A stretch of 64,000 nucleotides of DNA from assembly GCA_020184695.1 (NCBI GenBank), contig JAANOX010000113.1, positions 62,001-126,000 of the forward strand. The letters run 5' to 3'. The first letter of the stretch is position 1. The number at the start of each line of letters is the position of its first letter. The notes under the pieces were generated by a model. That model was not told the DNA's origin. It worked only from the letters and a program-made list of their open reading frames with translations, and searched no databases. The stretch is from Histomonas meleagridis 2922-C6/04-290x. Lineage: Eukaryota > Protista > Parabasalia. Shown one piece after another: positions 42,172-53,700 of this stretch. A program made the position numbers and the translations under genes.

Positions 42172-44184
42172 TCACTGATTTTGTATTGAGAGTAATGGCT
42201 CGTCAAGTGTATTAAACTTGTCCACTTTGGCACCTTTTCTTTTATGAATGCAAATAATGATTATGGTGATTATAACCAAAAGAGCGATCGATCCCAAAAC
42301 AATTGCGATTATCAGTCCTGTTTTGCTCTTCTTCTCGATCTTTTCATCAGGCGGACATTCTGCAACTATTTTTCCTTTTGATATTGACATTGACGGGAAT
42401 TCGGTTCCATTATAATCTTTCTTTACCATCACTGTACTTGTAGCTATGTCATAGAATATTGTATCACGCATTGAACAATTTGGTGGTGAAAGTGAATAAT
42501 AATATATACATTTTAAGTTTTCGCATTGCAAAATTGAATATTTCTCAAAGTTGAGAACATGTTCTTCAATAATAATTGATTCGAGATAAGAACAATTACA
42601 AAATGAATATGAACAAAATCCTTTCATATATTCAGGTGTAGTAAATGAAGGAGATCGACATCCTGATGGATAACTAATTAACTTTTGCGGTCCAAGTGAC
42701 GTTTTCCAATAAAGAACTCCGTCATTAGCATATGTGCAATATTGCATATTTGATATCGAAACATTAAACTTTTGAAGACTGTTGCAAAATGTAAATGGAT
42801 TAATACCAATGGAGGTAACTGTTTTAGGAATTGTAATTTCCATTAATGACTCACAATGTGTAAATGCTTCATCTTTGATCTCCTTTAAACCATCATTAAG
42901 AATAACAGATTCAAGAGAAGTACAATACTCAAATGCTTTCGTTGGAATGGTTTTAAGTGAGCTTGGAATTATGATACTCTTTAATCCAGACTTGGAAAAA
43001 GTGGTTTCTCCAATTGATGATAAACGGTCGTCTAGTGTAACGGTCGCTAAAGAAGGACACACTGAAAAAGCGGATTTTTCAATGGTATACAACTTAACTG
43101 ATTTAATTGTGACACTTTTGAGCTTGGAACAATGTGAAAAAGCGCTCTCTTCAATTTTTTCAATATTTTCGCCAATAACAACATCTTCTAAGCTGAGGCA
43201 AGATATAAATGAATACTTTCCGATAGTGATAGTAGAATTCGGAATTGTGATATTGGTGATAGCTGTATTGGAGAATGCATATTGATTAATGCTTTGGATC
43301 TTATTACCAAGAGTGACATCCTTAAGCTTGTAGCAGTTGGTAAATGTGAACGAATTGATTGTTTCGATGTCAGATGGAAGTGATACTTTTTCTAATTGTC
43401 CGCAAGAAAAGAAAACTGCCGATCCTAACATTTCGACTGTGTTTGGAATTGAAATAGAACTCAAAGAATCACAATATGCAAATGCATAACGATTTATTGT
43501 TTTCAGTTTTCCTTCATGAGGAAAAGTAACAGTAGTTAAGGCAATACAATCTGAAAATCCATATTGTTCGATTTGTATAACATTTTCTCCTATGTTAACA
43601 TTTGTTAAATTTCTGCAACCGTTAAATGAATAATTACAAATTGTAGTTATTGAAGATGGTACGTTAAATGACTTGCTTGGAATCCCTGATGGATAGCAAA
43701 TAATTAAAGTTAAATCTTTGTTGTAAAGAATTCCATCATTTTCAAAATTTGAATAATTTGAATTTCCCTTAGAAACATTAATACGTTGGAGACGGAAGCA
43801 TGGAGAAAACGAAGAAATTCCAATAGATGTAACTGAATCTGGAATTGTTACATTTGTCAACGAATGACAATAGCTAAATGCATTAGCTTCAATTACTTGA
43901 ACGCTCTCTCCAATGATAAGGGTTGATAAGGAAGAACATTCTGAAAACGCTGAATCACAAATTGATGTAATTGAATTAGCAACGTTAACAAATTCAAGCG
44001 AAGCCCATTTAATAAATGCTGAATTTGGAATTTTGGCTACATCGTTTACAAAGATCAAGCTTTTTGTCTTGTTTTTGAAATCTAAATAAATCTTGTTTTC
44101 GATTTCACCTGCATTTAAAATCAAAGTAAAATTATCTGGTATATATCCTTGAGATGTGAGGACATTGAACAGAAGAAAGAGCAT
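42172..44184 (-). CDS. BspA-like LRR surface protein (signal peptide, TpLRR repeats, TM helix, cytoplasmic DxxLL motif)
   Basis: About 20 L..V.IP..V..I...AF..C..L repeats; TM LIIAIVLGSIALLVIITIIIICI; tail DEPLL. Confidence 0.92.
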   Translation of the reverse strand: MLFLLFNVLTSQGYIPDNFTLILNAGEIENKIYLDFKNKTKSLIFVNDVAKIPNSAFIKWASLEFVNVANSITSICDSAFSECSSLSTLIIGESVQVIEANAFSYCHSLTNVTIPDSVTSIGISSFSPCFRLQRINVSKGNSNYSNFENDGILYNKDLTLIICYPSGIPSKSFNVPSSITTICNYSFNGCRNLTNVNIGENVIQIEQYGFSDCIALTTVTFPHEGKLKTINRYAFAYCDSLSSISIPNTVEMLGSAVFFSCGQLEKVSLPSDIETINSFTFTNCYKLKDVTLGNKIQSINQYAFSNTAITNITIPNSTITIGKYSFISCLSLEDVVIGENIEKIEESAFSHCSKLKSVTIKSVKLYTIEKSAFSVCPSLATVTLDDRLSSIGETTFSKSGLKSIIIPSSLKTIPTKAFEYCTSLESVILNDGLKEIKDEAFTHCESLMEITIPKTVTSIGINPFTFCNSLQKFNVSISNMQYCTYANDGVLYWKTSLGPQKLISYPSGCRSPSFTTPEYMKGFCSYSFCNCSYLESIIIEEHVLNFEKYSILQCENLKCIYYYSLSPPNCSMRDTIFYDIATSTVMVKKDYNGTEFPSMSISKGKIVAECPPDEKIEKKSKTGLIIAIVLGSIALLVIITIIIICIHKRKGAKVDKFNTLDEPLLSIQNQ

Positions 44185-44425
44185 CTCAAAATGGCCTCGA
44201 AAAAACCGAAGAGCCAATTAAAAAAACATTTTCAAAAACAATGTATGTTTAAAAAGTTATATTCCAATCAAATCAAGTGGTTTACTTCAGTCTAATGGCA
44301 AATTCAATTTTGAGGCAACTAACTTTTCACTTGGAAGATGATTTTTTTTCGAATAATTTGTTTTAAATTTTCGTCATGACTTCAAACGGCCAGATGTCGA
44401 CCGTTTGTGTTTTCAGCAATCTTTC

Positions 44426-45778
44426 ATGATCGAAAAAAATCAAAAAGATCCATTTCATTTGATCAGTGAGATAAACTTAGGAATTTCTGCATCAGAGGTA
44501 TTGACAAATCACCTTCATTCTATTGAAATGTTAATTACATCTCCTCAATTTCCAATATCTGACGTAATAAGTCATTTAAATGAGATTTTATCTATCATAG
44601 AAGATTCTTCATGCGAATTCAATATCGATTATTGTTTTAAAATATTTTTAAATATTTTAGTAAATATTCCAAATATAGAAATAGTTAAAAAAACGCTTGT
44701 TGTAATGAAATATTTTATATTTTCATCTCACGAAGCATCTCGTCAATTATTTAAATTACAAATTTTCCCAATTCTCATTTTGTTTTTACAGCAAATTGAT
44801 AATAATTTCATAAGACGTACCATATTTTCAATTTTTAGTAACCTCCTTAAGGAGGGCGAAGAAATATTTTATGCATGTATTGAATGCCGATTTGTAGAAC
44901 TTTATGTAAATGAATTTCAACGACTTCTTAATGCCCTTAATTTATCTGATTTTCATTCATTTACACTTCTCGATCCCGTCATTGATGGGCTTCTTTCATT
45001 ATCACAATATCCCACACCATATTCACAACAACTGATACATATGTATTCATCCATATTGTCAAATCGCCAAAACCTTGGAATGTTTGTTGATAACACATTA
45101 AGTTACTCAAAGAATTTAATGGTTAATCCCATCTTTGATAACACCATATTTTTTACGAGCGGATTTGTTTCTAATATTCTTGAGATTTTATGTGATGATT
45201 ATAGTGTCTATTGGACAAATAGTTATTTATGTTTAGGACAAATTTTAAAAGATCAAACACAAGAAGCTTATAACTTAATTAATGGTTTTGATCTTGTTTC
45301 TTGTTGTGCGAAAGCTCTTTCATTCCAAGATTTGGATACTTTCGCACAAGGTTTATTCTTTTTCGTTTCGAATTTCATCGATAAGAAAATGGTCCTAATT
45401 CCTGAGTTAGAAAAGTTGAATTTGTTTAATTGGGAATATTTACAATTTCGAATTGTTTCATATAAATCAACGAAATCTTTTGCGTATATGATAATAACTG
45501 TTTTGTACTATTCGAATCTAGAACAAGTTATAAATATTATTTCGAATGATGCAACTGTTAATGTTTTGTTCGATTGTTTGGATAACGCTAAAATTAATAT
45601 GATCATTAAGGCGTTGATAGCATTCGAACAATTGGAAACAAAATTTAAAGATAAAATTCGACAGTTTCCTCTTTTTTTGGAAAGATTGGCAATTTTCTTA
45701 GAAAATGTAACAAATGATGCAAATGAAGAAGTGGCCGGAAAGGCATTAATGTTAAGGCACGCACTAGAAATAGATTGA
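44426..45778 (+). CDS. Hypothetical ARM/HEAT-like protein
   Basis: About 450-aa helical Leu/Phe-rich ORF ending NEEVAGKALML. The fold assignment is an inference. Confidence 0.6.
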   Translation: MIEKNQKDPFHLISEINLGISASEVLTNHLHSIEMLITSPQFPISDVISHLNEILSIIEDSSCEFNIDYCFKIFLNILVNIPNIEIVKKTLVVMKYFIFSSHEASRQLFKLQIFPILILFLQQIDNNFIRRTIFSIFSNLLKEGEEIFYACIECRFVELYVNEFQRLLNALNLSDFHSFTLLDPVIDGLLSLSQYPTPYSQQLIHMYSSILSNRQNLGMFVDNTLSYSKNLMVNPIFDNTIFFTSGFVSNILEILCDDYSVYWTNSYLCLGQILKDQTQEAYNLINGFDLVSCCAKALSFQDLDTFAQGLFFFVSNFIDKKMVLIPELEKLNLFNWEYLQFRIVSYKSTKSFAYMIITVLYYSNLEQVINIISNDATVNVLFDCLDNAKINMIIKALIAFEQLETKFKDKIRQFPLFLERLAIFLENVTNDANEEVAGKALMLRHALEID

Positions 45779-46148
45779 TATGTTAATTTTTTTGTTTTTA
45801 TAATAAACTGGAATTAAAATAATTTTAAAACAAATGTTTAAATATTTTTTATCATTAGCCCAAACAATGTTATGTTGTATTTAATTGTTATTTTATTCCA
45901 AATTATAAGAAAACATGCTTTTATTGTACAAATTTGTAAATTGACTTTAGTAAAACCATGTAATAAGGTATGGTTTGAATATTTTTTTTTCTTTTAATAT
46001 TTGTAGAGTTAAAATGATGCTATAAATTCTTTTGTTTTACAGATTGGGAATTGTTAATTCAATCAATAGTTTACATTTCGGTTTTTGGCTACTGAAATTT
46101 TCGCATCACATTTCGCTTATATGAAAGTGCAATTTGGCACTTTTCATA

Positions 46149-47492
46149 ATGTCGCAAGCAATTTTTCCAACTATTTCCACAATTGCGAATTCAATCGGAA
46201 TATCACACGTCAAAGAATCAATTGCGTCTAAAATATATCATCAAGTAAAGCGAGATATCATAAAAATTTTAGGTGATTCAATACAGATGATGCAAATTCA
46301 TCACTGCAGAACTCTTAAAGTATCACATATTAACATGGCTCTTGAATCAAACAAATTAGAACCACTATTTGGATATACAGATGGAAAGGAAATCAATTTC
46401 GAAAATATTGGAACTATAGATGCCCTTAATTTATTAGTTTATATGGACTACCCTGTTAATATTGAATCATTTATGCGTTTTGAATTAAAGCCATATCCAT
46501 TAGATATTTCATATGATCTAGAATGGCTTGCAGTAATGGGCCAACCACTAAGAAGTCAAGAAGCTCTTGGAACAGGCCAACCATCAGAAGCTGAGACATC
46601 AGATCTTGGTGAAAAACAATTGTTTGTAAATTTTTCCAATTGGCAAAACAATCTAGAATCCGATTTTACCATCTCATCTAAGCATAGTTTTTCTTATGAA
46701 TTTAAGCTTTACTATCAAACAGCCCGTAAGAATCTACTTTCTAATGATTTCCATCATCGTGAAAAAATGCTGCAACAACTCCGCAAAGAGAATTGTCTTG
46801 AAACTCTTATTCCATACTTTATCCAATTTTCCCAAACCATTATCAATGATTATCCCAAAGATTATGAGAAACTTTTATTATCGGTTTCCATCATGAAGTC
46901 ATTATGTAAAAACGAGGAACTTTCAATTGACATCTATTTACAGACCCTATTAACAGTAGCTTTAACATTTTTAGTCAGTCCACGAATCATGTCAAATGAC
47001 ATCTCGCGTCAACTACTGATACGCTCATACGCCTGCGACTTGTTCAAGGTCCTCATAGATCGTTCTATAGCGAATTATCCGAACGTTGAGCCGATGACCA
47101 CATCAAATCTTCTAACCGTCATCGTCGGGAACAATTCGATACCCCAAAAGTTTGGCGCCGCTTCTGCTTTACTCACGTTGGGGTTAAACACTGCATCGAA
47201 CTTTCTGTTCCCAGTAATCCCGAACTTGTTAAATGAATTAAAGGAAGCGGATTCAGTCGAACAAAGTTATAAAGGTAAAGAAGCGATCGTTAGAACTTAC
47301 GACGTTTTGTTGAAAGCAATTGGTAACTGTGTACATGCAGATACAATCAAAATGCTGGCTAAAGGTATTGAGCCTTTGAACCCATTGTCAATGCCGTCAA
47401 TAGATGGAGAAAACTATTTGAAGCTGGTGGATAAATTCGGATTGGATTTGATCCCGTACTGTATAGATGAGTCATCGCTTTTATATATATAA
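46149..47492 (+). CDS. TAF6: TFIID subunit 6-like (histone fold plus HEAT domain)
   Basis: IANSIGIS…MQIHHCRTLKVSHINMALE…EPLFGY histone fold; KHSFSYEFKLYY, LETLIPYFIQF, IRSYACDL in the TAF6 C-terminal domain. Confidence 0.85.
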   Translation: MSQAIFPTISTIANSIGISHVKESIASKIYHQVKRDIIKILGDSIQMMQIHHCRTLKVSHINMALESNKLEPLFGYTDGKEINFENIGTIDALNLLVYMDYPVNIESFMRFELKPYPLDISYDLEWLAVMGQPLRSQEALGTGQPSEAETSDLGEKQLFVNFSNWQNNLESDFTISSKHSFSYEFKLYYQTARKNLLSNDFHHREKMLQQLRKENCLETLIPYFIQFSQTIINDYPKDYEKLLLSVSIMKSLCKNEELSIDIYLQTLLTVALTFLVSPRIMSNDISRQLLIRSYACDLFKVLIDRSIANYPNVEPMTTSNLLTVIVGNNSIPQKFGAASALLTLGLNTASNFLFPVIPNLLNELKEADSVEQSYKGKEAIVRTYDVLLKAIGNCVHADTIKMLAKGIEPLNPLSMPSIDGENYLKLVDKFGLDLIPYCIDESSLLYI

Positions 47493-48303
47493 ATATATTT
47501 TTTTGTGTATAAAAAATGTTTTTGGAAATAATTAGAAAGAATTAATATAAATTTATGTTTTCTAAATTTTGATTCGTGAAATATTACAATGCTTTAATGT
47601 ATGAAAAATTTGTAAAGTATTATTTGTAGTTGTAACGAAAATTTTGAGATTATTTTTATGAATGAAAATCATTGAACTTATTTTTTAATCCTTTTAACCA
47701 GGAATATAATATCACTTCATGCAAAATTCTATAAGATTAAATCTTTTTTTGGATTATTTCACACTCTTATAACGTGTTTTCCTTTTAATTTTTTTTAGTA
47801 CACTTGAAAATGAAAAGTTTTTCTAATTAATGGAAATGCAATATGATTTTTTTCTAATAGCGTTTCATGCAGCTTTCAAAAAGAATAAATAAAGGCACCT
47901 CGGATTTAGAATATAAACAATTCTTATAAAAATTTACATTTTGTAAATGCTTTATCATCTACATATATGTAGCAAGATAAATCAATGATTATAATTAATT
48001 TATTTTTATATTCAGTAATTTTTTTCCATTCATACCTGCAAAGGGAAATTTATTCAATAAATAATTTAATTCATCAAATGTTTTTACATCTGCATATGAT
48101 TTTATCAAAATTTACTAATAAAAAATTGAAGGTCCGTTGAAAGTTTATTGTAATAAAAACAAATATTTAACCAAATATTTGTAAAGGCAATAATAGATTT
48201 GAATTTATACACCGTTATTCAAACCTGTCGATCGACATGAAGAGCACTTTCTGAATATATCTTTCAAAAAGTGATATTTTGACACTTTTTGTCAAGAAGT
48301 AGC

Positions 48304-49698
48304 TCAACGATTCTGTTCATTTTTTGCTTCTGCCAATTGGATTCTCAGAGCTCTTATCTTTTCTTCCATCTCATTTTTTAAACGCTTGTATAACGTTTCA
48401 TTTTCGCTCTGTAGATGGTTGATTCTATTTTCAAGTTCATCATTACTTTTTAAAAGACTTTTAAACTCTTCTTCATCCGTTGCTGTGGCATTTCCCTCAC
48501 TATCAGTTGGTTCCTTTGGAATTTGTCCATTTTTAAGAGACTTTATTTTTGTTATTAAATTTCCCATATTATTCTCATCTAAAGACAACTTAAAACACTT
48601 AACTAACTCATCTTTGAATTCGTTGCAATCGTTTTCCATCTTTTCCAATTTTTGTTTAAGAATTAAATACATCGAATTAAGTTCTTGATTTTTTCTCAAA
48701 AGAGCTTCGTTGTCTTGTTTTAGAGCATCTCTTTCCTTAACGATGTCTTCTTCTGTCTTTAGCTTTTGAATTTTATTTAGCTTACTTCTTAAATTTAGAT
48801 TTTTTTCAGTTTCGTTTTTGAGTTTCTGTTTTGTTTCCGAAAGAGCTGAAGAAATTTCTTCTATTTCGCGATGGATCTGTGCTGCTCTTTCAATAGAAGA
48901 ATTCTGTTCGCTCTTGAGTTTATTGAAGTTCTCTTCATAGTTCGGCGGTGGTTTTGTGGATTCAATAAGAATTTGTAATCTTTGAAAATCAGGTGGAATA
49001 CGTTTTTGCTTAAAGATTTCGAAAAGACATGTCTTGGATTGCCATGCAATTCTACCTTTTTTGATGGTATTAATACGGTCATTTAAATTTGAAATTAATT
49101 TGTCAAATGATTGAATTGGAGTATTCACTGGATTTGGTGTATTATGTGAAGGAGGTGGAATAAAGCCAAAATTTGATGAAAGAAAGGAATCTGTTGAATT
49201 GTGAAATGGATATGAAAATAAAAATGAGCCATTTCGGATTATTTGTTGAATCTCTAAAAGATCACTTGTTTCTTGGAGTCTTTTCTCTATGGGTGTGACA
49301 TCATTTCCATTGATAACTTCAATGGAAAAACCAAATGCAAAAAGCACCATTTCACGTACATAAAGACGTGCCATGATTGGTGTTTCTGTAATGTCAATAT
49401 TTTTCAATTTAGGAAGAGCAGTCGCGTATTTGAAAGAAGTAATTAATGTGTTTTTCATGATCAAAATTTCAATATTTTTAAGATTGATAATTCCGTCAAA
49501 ATTAACAATAGGACAATTTGAAACGTCAACTTTTGTTATCATTAAATAATTAATATCTTTGAAGCTTGATAAATATGGCGGGATTTGATAATTTTCATAT
49601 TTTTTTTGCTGGAATATTTCGTGTTGCGTTTGGCTTCTATTGGTGAAAGTTCTTTTTGGAAATTGAATTCCAATGTTATTTTTTGGGATAATGTTCAT
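48304..49698 (-). CDS. LRR plus coiled-coil protein
   Basis: N-terminal LRR (LKNIEILIMKNTLI, LPKLKNIDITETPI, IEVING..VT..E cap) followed by long heptad repeats. Confidence 0.75.
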   Translation of the reverse strand: MNIIPKNNIGIQFPKRTFTNRSQTQHEIFQQKKYENYQIPPYLSSFKDINYLMITKVDVSNCPIVNFDGIINLKNIEILIMKNTLITSFKYATALPKLKNIDITETPIMARLYVREMVLFAFGFSIEVINGNDVTPIEKRLQETSDLLEIQQIIRNGSFLFSYPFHNSTDSFLSSNFGFIPPPSHNTPNPVNTPIQSFDKLISNLNDRINTIKKGRIAWQSKTCLFEIFKQKRIPPDFQRLQILIESTKPPPNYEENFNKLKSEQNSSIERAAQIHREIEEISSALSETKQKLKNETEKNLNLRSKLNKIQKLKTEEDIVKERDALKQDNEALLRKNQELNSMYLILKQKLEKMENDCNEFKDELVKCFKLSLDENNMGNLITKIKSLKNGQIPKEPTDSEGNATATDEEEFKSLLKSNDELENRINHLQSENETLYKRLKNEMEEKIRALRIQLAEAKNEQNR

Positions 49699-50776
49699 CT
49701 TCTACGCAAACCGAAAGAGAAACAAAATGGGGCACCTCAAACATGAAGATGAAAAAATCAGACATCTCTTTGTTACTGGTTCAAGTTAATTTCAAAATCA
49801 CGGATTTTTTAAATGATAATACTATGCCAATTAAAAATCTAAAAAAAAATATGGATAATTAAAATTTTCCATTTTATATGCAAAATACAAACTGAAATAA
49901 ATCATGGTTTAACCAGTCAGCCCAGTTAACTGAACAACAATAACACACATTTTATAATCTCGTTAGCTTATTTTTTTCATTTTTAAATTTGAATGAGAGT
50001 AATATCATGTTGTTCTGTTATGCTTGTTGAAAACACTCATGTTTGCCATTTGATTTTTTTATAAAATATATATATCTTTTTTTCCAAAATATCAAATATC
50101 AACATTGAAATTTTTTTGTTTCAATTCATTAAATTTAAATGCTTAACTGACTGGCAATTGCATTTAAGTGATGGATATTTTTTATGTTAAAAATTTTCAA
50201 CTTATTGCAAGTTTTTTCATTGTTCGAGTGCTTACATTAACGGCGATGTGACTGTAAACAGATGAGGTGAAATTTTTAACGGCTTTAGTCCTGAAACAAC
50301 GGCTATTTTCGATGCGAGTTATAAAATAACTGATGGAAAAATTTGGCAGTCATCACTTCACTTTTTGAATGTAATTCTATTAACCCGATCGAAATGTGTC
50401 AATTTTCCACAACCAAGTTTAATTCAAATTTCAATCGTTCTATTTTGAATGTGTAAAAAGGAGTTTTCGACCAATTTATAATCAAATTTAAATCAGAATT
50501 TTGAATTATTACATTAATTTAAAAAATATTTTTCATTCTTAATTACATACAACATGAATGTCGATTTTAATGTGAATTTTAAATATTAATTTCATGTGTA
50601 TATAATGAGATATTTGTTTTTCAATTTTGAATCAGATCAATTTATTGAGATAAACTCCAGCGTCATTAAAAACTCAAACACTTCACATTACTTTCAAAAA
50701 AAAATGTTGTCAGCGTATAATGGTTTCAAAAAGTTGTTTTGAATGATTGAGTTAAAACGTTCCAAAATCCAGTTAT

Positions 50777-53700
50777 ATGAGCACAATCGAGAATAATTCT
50801 TCTATAAATTCTTCCACAATTCAGACTACCCATCTCACAACTATTGATGATCAAATAATTTCAGCTCAGAAACGCGAATCATTACTTTATCCACTTTATT
50901 CCGAAATTTCTCAATTTGTTCATATTCCTCTTCCTTTTTACCTACTAGAAATTCTTCTTCTAGTTGTTCAAGTTATTGTATGTTGTTACTGGCCATTAAA
51001 CCTACAAATTTATCCAAATGAAGATAGTAAGTTTCGTTTTATTCATTTTATTCAGTATGCACTTGATTTTGGAATAACAAAAGTAAACTGGGATAGAACA
51101 ATTTTATACTATATCATTATGTTTGTAGTATGTGTATTGATTTTTGGATGGCATATTATTGTAACAGTTTTATATTCAAAAACACGACAATACTCCAAAC
51201 CCTTTTTATACATTTCCCACGTTATACAGATTATTGTTGTACCATGTTGTCTTGGCTGGTTTCCAACATTTGCCGGATATGCAGTTTATAATCTTGGGAT
51301 TGAAGCCACTTCTAATACGACCACTGGCTATACTTTAGCTGTTGCTATAATTTCCACTATATTTTCTTTTGGATTATTATTTTATGGAATTTTTTCATAT
51401 GGCTTAACATGTCGTAATACAGTCTTTACTTATACGCCATTTTCAGCCTGGGATCCCACCATTGTTAGTGTCTTTTATTCCTTTACAGCCATCACATCAT
51501 TTTTCGGCCCAATTTTAAGTTTATTTCCATCGTGGGTCACTTTTATCGTCCAGATCATTGTTTTAATTTTTTTAATATATTCTCAACTTAAAATATTTCA
51601 ATTTCCATTTCATTTCTTTTTCATGCATTATGTGACTTCATTAATTCCAGGATTTTATCTATCCACACAAATAGTAATTGTACCAATGATATTTGGAGTT
51701 AAAATGTCAGAAACGATTTTTTTATTAGTTTCAATTTGTATATTAGTTATAGAGTTTGTTGTAATGTCAATCATTCTCATTATTAAGAAAAACAAAATTA
51801 TTAAATCATTATCATATTCTTCATTACCTGATGGGATTGAAAGAACAGAAGAAATCAAAAAGAAACAATTACAAGAGTATGAAATTGATGAGAATTATAT
51901 ATCATCATATTTACGAGTTGGTATTGCATATGCATGTGATTTTTTTATTGATTTTTCATTACCTAAATTTATGATTGAGAATTATAAATCATTAGATGTA
52001 TTAATTGAAACTACACAAGCGATATCATTTTTTACAGGTAAACATTTTCTTTTAGGACATTGTTTATCATTATTACAACAATATAAAAACTTAACAATAT
52101 TTTATCAATTCTTAATTTACCAAATGAAGAAAATTCATGTGTTAAGACAATCGTCATTACCACGAGAAGCTTTTTCAAAGATTAATAAAATATCAAAAGA
52201 ATCATCAGATGCTATACGTTCAATTCGACAATTTTGGAATGAGATTTCATTACCACATTCGAAAATTGATTTCCATCAAATAGTTACTATACAAGATACA
52301 AGTAATAAATATCGTACAATATATTTTGATTTATCAGATAAATATCCAAATAACATAGAGATTAGTAAAGAATATTGTAACTTCTTAATAGAAGGAGCAG
52401 GAGATTTTAAAGAAGCAAGTAAATGGTATTATAAAGCGATGATGTTAGAACAAGGGAAACATTTAAATGTCGATCATTCATTCGTTTCATTAATGAATAT
52501 ATTCCCAAAATATTTAATTAATGAAATAGTTAATATTAGAGGTGAATTCATCGAAAATAATGATAAGAAAAGTAAACTTAATAATAATGCTGATGCATCT
52601 TTATTAAGTTCTTTATTAAGTAGTTCTACGAATGGAAGTGAAATTGGACAAAAATTAGAAGAAGTTACTACCGGAATGATAAAGAATTCACGTTTAAGAT
52701 TATCATTACAAAATGCATTAAATACTTTCGAATATCCTGGATTAAAGACGTCGAAATTCATTACAATACTTCAAGCTATTTTCATTGTATTATTTTTAAT
52801 AATATTTTGTATTACAATTCTATCACCTACTTCAGGTATTTATGCTATTGTTGAAGAAATATTATATTTTGGTGATACTTATATATCATCTGAATATTCG
52901 ACATTTATTTCATCATTATTATTTAATACACATCCATTAATTAATGAATTTGAAGGGTTAAATAAAGTTAATGAATATACACATTATCCAATTATTAATA
53001 TTACATCGAATAATAACTCATTAAATAATGGGGAAATAATTATATCAAAACAATCGAAAAATGGAATCATTAATTTATTAGAATTAATGAATAGTTTATT
53101 AAGTCAATCAGATAAAAGAGGCGCAACATTTGAAGACTTATTATATCAAATGTTTTCTATGAATTTATCAATGAATTTACATATCCAACAATTAAATAGT
53201 GAACAAAAGTCGATTAGAGGTGTAATCTTTGAATCATTAAATTATTATTTACATTCGACTGGTTATTGGGAAAGTGAACAAAAGAATACAATAAATTATT
53301 TGGATTCATTATATACTGGTTCATATAATATATTTCATATCAATGAAAACTTGGCTAAAATTAAAGATGGAATCGCTAGTGATGGTAATGATTATGTTAA
53401 TTCTGTTTATGATATATATTTAATATTATTATTATTAATTTCGATATTATTTTTCATAATGTTTGCTGGATTACAATTTTATTCTATTAGTTCTTTATAT
53501 AGAAATTGTAATAATATAATAAAAGTATTAAAAGAAGTTAAGAAAGATACAATTAAATTATCATTAAAATCAATTTCGAAACTTGATAAATCAAAGAAAA
53601 ATAGGAAAACTAAAAGTTCTACACAATTATTAATCAAACATAATTTTTCATATATATTTTTACCTTATATGACAATAATCACATTAATAACTAATACAGT

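Noticed and set aside
47800-48130. Possible further BspA remnant (YVDDKAFTKCKFL, SFESCM)
   Set aside because: Too short and degenerate to support in AT-rich DNA.
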